Shown here: piece by piece, positions 52,561-64,000 of the stretch | Position numbering within the stretch: position 1 is the stretch's first letter | Layout of the letters: each line of letters begins with the position of its first letter | NCBI GenBank assembly: GCA_004022145.1 | Contig: RCNU01000002.1 | Reading direction: 5' to 3' (one strand) | Length of the DNA stretch: 64,000 nucleotides | Origin: Paecilomyces variotii | Taxonomy: Eukaryota | Position numbers and translations under genes: made by a program | The notes under the pieces: generated by a model | The model's input: the letters and a program-made list of their open reading frames with translations, nothing else | Database searches by the model: none | What the model was told of the DNA's origin: nothing

Positions 52561-55500
52561 GGCGAAAAAATATGTACGACAAAAAGGTTGAATCCAAGTG
52601 ATATCCTGGTCATGTAGAGGCGGCGAGCCGATCGTTAAGGTTGTAAAAGGAGAGTCAGACCGATCAACGGTACAAACAAGAGGGTTGAGCGAGTGTACGA
52701 AGTGGGTGGTTGGGGATCAAACGAGCATCAAGCGCGGTCGAAAGCCGGATGTCCGGATATCATAGGGTTGTCTCGAAAGGAACGACGTGGAATTGGATCA
52801 TCAGATGCTGGACATGTACAGTCAAGCTGCAGTGATCATGGTCTTCTCGTGAAGCAATCGAGACGACGAGGCGTTAGTCCCTTGCTACCGGCGGTTAAGG
52901 TCCAGCAAGATGTAGCAACCGTCCTAGAACCAGGAGGATGCCCTTCTGCGGACAATGACCAGCAGAAGAAAGTATCGAAAGAAACCGCGATGCCGATACC
53001 TGTCGCGGGGAAGAAGAAGCAAGATTGTAGACGTTTAGATGGAGACGGGGAGGGAGAGGAGAAGACGGTGGAGAGCGAAGTTGGTGCCGCACCAAGCCGT
53101 GCCTGAGTCTGGTCCGCACACGCACCACTGTTGCTCCACGACGTTTTGTTCACGATAATCTCAAGGAATCATCGCGACAGGATGATCTATCTATCTCCAT
53201 CTATGGCTTCGCTCTTTTTGCACATCATTGCAATCTCGACCTGATCATCGACGTCGATCTACTATGTCGTGCTCCCCCGTTTATCTAGCCTGCACATCTT
53301 TCTGTTCTCCCAACTCCGCCGCATCTTGCTGATTGATTGACTGGCTTTGCCAACCAACAGTACCGGCAAATGCGTCTCTCCCATTGCCCGTACGACCTCT
53401 CTGGCGCCAGTGTTTCTTTTGCTGCACCAATCGTTCTTTGTTCACCTCTTGTGCGTGGCCCGTGGGAATATGATTATGATTCTCTAGTCTCCTCGAGTTC
53501 TCCTGGCCCGAACGGTCCCACGTCTCCTGGCCGCGTTGCTCCTGAGATTATTATTACTTGCGCTCTCTTCGAATCAGCCGTCATGATGTCCACCCACTCT
53601 GCCCGCTAACACAAGGCCCCCAGACTGGCCAGCCGTTTTTCTCCTGGCGCCTTTACCTACTTAGGTCTGGTCGTCGTGCAAAGACCCATCGTCGTCTGCG
53701 CGAACGTGGGAGGTTACAGGGCTGGAGGTTGCATCAAGTCGTGCGAAGTTAAGAATTCAGTGATACGGACATTTTCCATGGTGTGTACTCAGCCGGCAAC
53801 AATGCTTCTGGCCTATCATGGTTGCAGGGTCTTATGTGCGACAGACGCATCCATGAGTATGTGTCCAGTGCATGCCATGACGCCCCAAGAAAGGGGGTTT
53901 TTGCGGACTTCCAAGGACGAAACTCGTCTCCCCTAACTTCTAAGTACCCGAAGATAACTATTCCGCATCAGACTATTGTGCCGTCCAGAAACTCTCTGTT
54001 TGGCAATCCATCCCTGCCACAGGTAGATGGGCGTAAATAAGTCGTTATGCCTATTGAGGCCAGACAAATTATACGTTATTATTGTTTAAATAAACTTTTA
54101 TTGTTCGATTCATTCCGGGGGGTGACATTCCACCGAGCCTAGGTCGTTTTCGTTCGCGGAAATGAGCTTTATGCCAAACAGGGTCCCTGGATGAATCGAT
54201 AATATCCGTTAAATATGTGGCTATGAGAATGTCCACATGGCATTTCTGGGTATCGTCGTTATCGTGCTGTCAGCTCTAAGTTATCAAAGTTCTTGAGATT
54301 GGAATGCCAGAAAGGCTCGAATCTAGACCACCTGCCAGGGGCATCATTTCCTGCTTATGGCTGCTGCGGATGGCAACTCGTTTCGAATCGCAAGACCGTA
54401 TATTTTCCTATGTCACGGGAATGGTTCTCGTTTAGCTATAGCAATGGTCTAGAGGCTTCAATAGACGCTTACACTATTACTCCGCACAAGTTCGCTAGAT
54501 CGAATATTTATCCACCACATACCGAATCGAGACTCAACGCAATAATATGTAGTGTAGACCCGACACGCCAACGATGGAATCCTGCTATCGATTTACTGAC
54601 ATTCAAAATAAACATATCTTGCACGCGTGGTGATTCTCGACCCTATAGACTGTTTGGGATCTCGCCGGTGATGACCGAAACAATTTCAACGTGTTCTAGC
54701 AGTTTCATAATGCAATTGCCATTCTACTCTACCAAAGGCCCATAAGGATCTGCTTCAGGGCACAGTCATTCAACGGTAGTTGGTCAAGATCTAGTTAATG
54801 ATGATCTTGCGCAGACAAGGTCATGGTAACAAGACAGGCCCGACAACTTTATACCACCTATTAAATGCAGATGGCAATCTCTCTATGAAGCATATCCTAG
54901 CGTATCGTCTATATAAATTCGTTAGTTACCGGTGATCTTCATTATTAGTCATGTCATGAATCGTAACTAGTTAACTAAGTACTCCTTTCGATTACGGATG
55001 ACCTTGTCCAGGCCCCAGGGGTTCAGGAAGCTGTGGCACTCGAACTGTATAAAACGGCCTTTTTACCTCCAGCAACGAGTGTCCTTTGAGTATCTCTTTG
55101 AAAGAAACGCCATTCCTACTGTAATTATCCAGCAACCGAATTTACATGACTCGCGGTAACTACTCGCACAGTTGGCGCTCGATGCCCACCGCAGCATGGA
55201 TTATGTGGGAATCCAGGACCACAGAAGCAAATGTTCTGAAGGTGCATTTAATACAGGAATAAAATCTTGATTGATTGCTTAGAGAATTAAAGGTAACCGA
55301 AATCTATCGGCTATTTATGCTCCCTGACTCTATCCTAACATTACAGCTACCTGGAGCTGAACTGAACACTATCTTCACCGTCCCATGGTTCCAGCTCCAT
55401 CTGTTTTGATCCGGGAGCATCCCATTGCAGCTGCTACCCGGTTTGTCTGTATAGGATGGGAGCAGCGGATTGCAGCAGGTTTGCAGCTCGTCTCCGCAGA

Positions 55501-56115
55501 AGCCGTGAGCGCTGACAAAATATATATATCTCCTCAGCCCCCTCCCCCACCTACACTCGCGACGTCAACAGGCGAAGCACCATCTAAGATGGAAATCATA
55601 GACAGTTATACGTAGTTACCCCTTGCTCACGATGTTCCGTACCAAATACTAAATAACAAAGCGCGTGGCGCTCGTCTATTATGCGATAAATCAGAAAGAC
55701 AACATTAGGCGCGTCGGGGGACGCGCGGCCAACATTTGGCGGCCAAAGTTTGTTAAGTCTGACTGACAAACGAACATATCATATTGCAAAGCATGAAAGA
55801 ACCAACTGGAACGGGCCGAGATCCGAGAATTCTTCTTCAAGTGGGAACATCAGCATTGAAATTTTGAGTCAAAAAGTTACAGTAGGGAAAGCATCCTAGT
55901 GGTTCTCGGGTAAAGGAGGAGAAAGTGGATGAGGGGATTTCACGCGAACCGGAAGAGTTTATAAGCCGATTTAACTTAATCTTCATAATCATAAAAATAA
56001 TAATAGTTCATTGTGCAGAAACTGCGAGAAGAAAAAGAAGTCCGGATGAAGAGGTTCGTTTTTCCATTCTGCTGCAGATAAGCCATAACGACCTACATAG
56101 GTAGGTATTTATACT

Positions 56116-56125
56116 CTATATATAG
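56116..56125. promoter_or_regulatory. Rlm1/RlmA (MEF2)-type consensus CTA(W)4TAG within a 16-bp palindrome
   Basis: ACTCTATATATAGAGT at 56113-56128, in the OPY2-chitin synthase divergent spacer; function inferred only. Confidence 0.3.
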
Positions 56126-56707
56126 AGTTAAGGGCACCCTTTTGGGGATATTTATGTTGACTCTCGATTAAATTACCGGTCTATCTAGCGTGAAGAACCA
56201 ATTCAATAATAATAATAATAATAACATACCAGTTTGTAAAAGACAATCTAAACGCGCTATCTAGAGTTATCGATTCCTTCCGTCTTACACTGCCGATCTC
56301 CTTTCTCGAGCTTCTAGAAGTCTAAAAGAGTCGAGAGTCCGCCCCACGTTGAGAAATGCCCTGTGAAAAGGAAGGTAATAATACAATTTCGATTAAGGTC
56401 GTTCGAGAACAATAGATCGACAAATTATCCGCGATCGCCAGTATCCGAGCCCCAGGCCTAGAACCCGAGTACGGTACTATTAAATAACGGCGAGACCTCA
56501 TGAGTAGAACCAGAAAGGGATTATTTATTTCTGGTAAGCCTATTCGTCCCCGAAGCAAATGAGAGGATCGTGGACGCTTGGGAGTGTGGCTTGTGGGATG
56601 TTCTTGTTCATTTATGGTGGTTACCGAATACTAATGGTAGCCTTATTTACCGTGGGCCGCGAAAATATCTAACTATTACCTCTGATCAGGGTTCAGGAAG
56701 ATCATCG

Positions 56708-56728
56708 GAGAGAGAGAGAGAGAGAGAG
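56708..56728. repeat. (GA)n microsatellite
   Basis: Seen directly. Confidence 0.9.
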
Positions 56729-57747
56729 TGATGCCGCTCAATAGTCGATAGTAGTTGCATTATTTTTATTCTAAACTGTCATTGGAGATTGAGCCGCGTC
56801 AGGGTTGAAGAAAAGGATTTTTAGTACCCAAAAATAGATGCTACTATGCAGCTTCCCGGTGCCATTATTTAGGGATACGATAATTGAATAAAGTAATTTA
56901 CTCTGTTTCTCGGGAGTCGGAACGTCATGAACGAGCCACTCAGGGAGCAGTACACGCGATAGAGTTAAACAGACGCGATGCTACCATGCTGGCAAGTCAA
57001 AGCATCATCGGCAAGTCAAGGCATCATCTGCAAAGTCAAAGTCTGGCGGTGTCGCAATTTGACAGATGCAGTGTCCTTGGGTCGCAGCGTTATTGTGGCT
57101 GAGCGCACAAGATCTGGTGCAAAAGGGACGCCGTAAGCACGCGCTGGCGACGAGACTGGCCGTTATTGGGGCAAATAGAAACCCCTAAGTTAAGATCTAG
57201 ACCGGAACCAAAGGAAAGTCAGCGGATCAGAACGTTGGCCGTCTCAGGGGCCTGTCTGGGACAGCGGATATCCAGTCAAAGGCGCCGGCGGGGACAGTGG
57301 CCACCGAGTAGTTAAGTCGACGTGTAGTCAGATTGGTCAGACGGATCGCTCATGGGGTGAATCAGCCCTCTCGACAGGGCTATATTTGGAACGACGATGG
57401 ATTTTCTCGGGATATGGTGAAGACTACCAACGGGAAGGCGCCGGCGTCGGAGTACAGTAGTACTAGCAAGTCAAATGCTTGGTGTCGCGCGCAGACTGTT
57501 CAGATCGGTGAAAATGGCAAGGAAAAAAAGAAGACGATCGATGATCCAACGTGTCATTCTGGCGAGGGATTGGAATGCGACCGCAGGTTGGGTCGTTAGG
57601 GTATTGAGACTTGGCGGTATTCTCAATCCCAGGAGTTGCTCGCTAGATGACGGTGGGAGGCGTTGACTGGGAATCCTGCGCACACTGTTAGTCAGGATCG
57701 AAATGTATAGTTAGTTACGGAAGAAATAGAAGGCCTCAGTCTTTCTA

Positions 57748-57754
57748 GAGGCTG
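57748..57754 (+). promoter_or_regulatory. CDRE-like GAGGCTG (Crz1/CrzA site) upstream of chitin synthase
   Basis: Motif seen ~0.9 kb upstream of the ATG; a short motif that could occur by chance. Confidence 0.3.
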
Positions 57755-58637
57755 GGTTTGGTGAGAATTGTTGACTAGATACTCCGTACATGTCTCAGCT
57801 CTCCCGCCACGAAGTGGGGAGGACTACGAGGGAAGGAGATCAGCGCGTGGTGAGGCGGGTTTCAGACGTCGAGTAGTTCCCTCATAACGATCTCCTGAAT
57901 CATAACACCAATGGTGCCCCCGTCTGTGGTAACTAACGGGCGTATACGAGAGGGAGAGGAGAGAAGATGCAGAAATGGTGTAGGTCAGCGAGTGTCTGGC
58001 AGCCGGGTGCATGCCAGAGGGAGAATGGCAATAACAATACGGAATCTTTGATGGGTTACAACGAGGCTAAGAAGGAGCTGAGATGAACGATGTATTATTA
58101 TTATTATGCATAGCATGGCGTCAAAGACACCCTGTGCCTGTAGATCTCGCCGTCGCCGAGTATGTCTGGTGAACCAGCGCCCGGATGGTGTTGTCCAGCA
58201 TCGCCATACCCACCGGCCCAAGGACCAGCGCCCGTTAGCGACCTTAGGTCCAGAAAAAGACCTCCCCAGTGACCCCGGCCGCCGACTACAGTTGTCCTAC
58301 TGAGATCCCCTGGCCGTGCTTTTTTTTCTGAACAACAACAATAATAACTTTTTCTAATCTCCATCCCACGATCCATCCTGGATCTCTAACAGAAACACGC
58401 CGCTCATCCAGAACAGGAGTTCTGCTCCCGTTCCGCTTCTCAGCCCTGGCGGCTCTGCCTTGACCTACGCCCGCTTCCCCTCGTTCGGTCGGTTCCCAGC
58501 TACGCTCGTTGTATTTGCTCTCTTTAAAAATACCCCAACACCGGCGACCTGTCGTGTAGCCGCGTGTCTTTCTTAAAATCACTCGACTGCTCAGTTTTCT
58601 TTTTGGCTGGGATCTTTAGATCTCCTTGTCCTCTACA

Positions 58638-61719
<3,082 letters not shown>

Positions 61720-62470
61720 ACGCCTCCAGGGCGACGTGCAGTGGACGGGCTGCTGCTTGCAGCTGGCTGGATGGCAGAGGCTCCGTGGCACAGTGCTCAA
61801 TACCCGTCGGAGATTTTTGTACTGTACTTTAGATGCCATTGTTTCGTCGGTCTTATTGATTTAGGTTGGATCTGTACTACTCGACACGGCTGAGCTTTTT
61901 TCTTTTTCCCATGTTACATGCAAAATTTTCCAGCTATTAGCGATTAAAATTAAATGCATTCGAAACTATATACAGAAGCTTTATTATTCTTTCAATGTAT
62001 GTCTTTGTGCTCCTATATGCTATGATAATGTGGCCTTGTAGACGTTGTTAGAAGGTAAACGACAGGCTGGGCAAGTCGTGGCAACATATCATGTCTTAGG
62101 TCACGTTGGTTCCGGGGATAAGATCGTTATCGGTTCCATGCTTTTCCCTCAAGTCTCACGCCGACGCCATATTGACTTCCTTTTACCAACCAGCATCACT
62201 TTCTTTACCTTCACAGAACTAGCACATAGTCCTCCCTCTGACCGCTTTTCTAGACCGTACTCCCCGTCAATCTACTTGAAACGGGCCACAGCCTACAGGG
62301 ACTCTGTCGCCCGCACCGCTTTGCGGAGATCCTCGCGTGCCGCATAACCCCGCAGGTCCTCTGCGTTTGCAACTCTTACCACAGGAGCTAGCTTCCACTC
62401 TCCCGCACGGGCACCTATCTCTGATATAGTTTACTGTGAGCTTTAGGCCTAGGCCGCTGGTGCAGTCAAA

Positions 62471-63263
62471 ATGTTGAAAATATGGTCAATGGTATGCTCG
62501 CAAGACTTCGTGACAGTCGGGGGCGAATCTTCGGATGACTAACAGGTGTTCGTTGTACAGAAGCAGAAGCAGCAACAGGCTGAGAATGCTGCAGGGGGTG
62601 CTGCAAACAAGAAGAAAAAGGTTACAGCTGCCCAGCTGCGAGTACAGAGAGGTGCGTATGATCTCACCTCCCCCCAACTCTGGCAGCCGTGTGTCTTGAG
62701 CCGTTGACATGCTGACATGGCGTTTTACGCATCTATCAGATCTGCAGGAGCTCTCTCTCGGAAGCACGATGAAACTGTCATTCCCTAACCCAGACGATAT
62801 CCTTAACTTCACCCTCACGATCGAGCCTGACGAGGGCATGTATAAAGGCGGCTCCTTCCACTTCAACTTTGCCATCAACCAGAACTTTCCGCACGACCCT
62901 CCCAAAGTCAAGTGCACGCAGAAGATCTACCATCCCAACATCGACCTGGAAGGAAACGTGTGTCTGAATATTCTGCGAGAGGACTGGAAGCCGGTGCTGA
63001 ACTTGAATGCCGTGATTGTGGGATTGCAGGTGAGTTTACTTTGCTTGATTCTGTCGATTTCGCAGAACATCATAGCTTCAACTAGAATTCTTGCTAACTT
63101 GCATCTCTAGTTTCTCTTCCTCGAGCCTAACGCGTCCGATCCCTTGAACAAGGAGGCGGCCGAAGACCTACGTACGAACCGGGATGGCTTCAAGCGCAAT
63201 GTGCGGTCGTCTATGGCTGGTGGATCCGTCCGTGGTATACAATATGAGCGCGTGATGCGATAA
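62471..63263 (+). CDS. UBC12: NEDD8-conjugating E2 enzyme Ubc12; 4 exons
   Basis: MLKIWSM/KQKQQQ...[18 protein letters not shown]...[39 protein letters not shown]. Confidence 0.96.
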
Positions 63264-64000
63264 TGTTATAAGATTCAAGGTTAAGTGAAGGAGGCTTGTC
63301 CCCAAACATAATCACAGCAGTCGTCGGTCAGAAAACCTCTAGAATAGATGGGAACGGGGAGTAACCGAAAGTTTGACGGGCGTCCTCATCATTGACAATC
63401 GGGGCAGTGGATTTGGAAGCACTCATGTTGTTAGGGAGTTGAGGGGCGTTGATAAGAGACCTAGGAGGGAAAGAGAAGAGGCGGCTTGGAAGACACTTGC
63501 TGTGCTCGACCCGTCACCACGATACTGGCACTTCTATTCTCACCATAGCGTTTCATGATTGGTACTTACGAAATAGAATCGTGTTTATAGTTTTGCTTCG
63601 TGTTCTGCGGGCAGAAATGGAATGGGACGATTACATATGGCTGATATGCTTTTTATTGCTCTACTGGACTTCTTTCCGGGCGAAGATAGTATTGTGGCGT
63701 ACATACTTTGCAATATACTGGCCTATACGTATCAGAGTTGGTTGTGCAGGCGAGTCATCCGGTCAGGAGCGCATGGAAGAGGCATTTCCAGCCCTATAGC
63801 AGACTAGCATAGCTCCGGCTAGCACAACCAATGCCCCGGATATACGGTGCTACCACGGGAAGAATCGTTAGGAGTATATGGGGGAACACCGATTCTTGAA
63901 CATGTATATATACACAGCGGATCTGGTTCAAACTTCGCATTTCATTCCGTCTGCATCCTTAGGTCTGACTCTTATCTCTATGAATCGATCCCGCTTCCAA

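Overview
This is a gene-dense window from an intron-containing filamentous ascomycete, most consistent with Eurotiales. It carries a conserved housekeeping block: SNF1, an FHA protein, TOM70, UPS1, NCE102, SLY1, a PNUTS/Ppn1-like protein, MAD2, GUF1, RPC1, OPY2, a class III chitin synthase and UBC12. A small accessory cluster (SDR, MYND protein, HNH nuclease, a two-exon Zn-finger protein) lies between SNF1 and the FHA gene. The main hidden signal is non-coding: a candidate ~1.5 kb telomerase RNA (TER) on the minus strand at ~10480-8970. It has an AACCCUAACC template, a template-boundary stem, a 5'/3' long-range helix and a P6/P6.1-like element. Its terminal intron would splice directly onto the start codon of a 137-aa zinc-finger ORF that the ORF track captures only in part. 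Other notable items are a long hairpin in a 411-nt stop-free intron of the PNUTS-like gene, a second structured RNA candidate at ~11870-12110, and a TA-insertion frameshift in a PTS1-bearing cytochrome b2-like gene. Exon boundaries and RNA pairings were read by eye and no searches were run.
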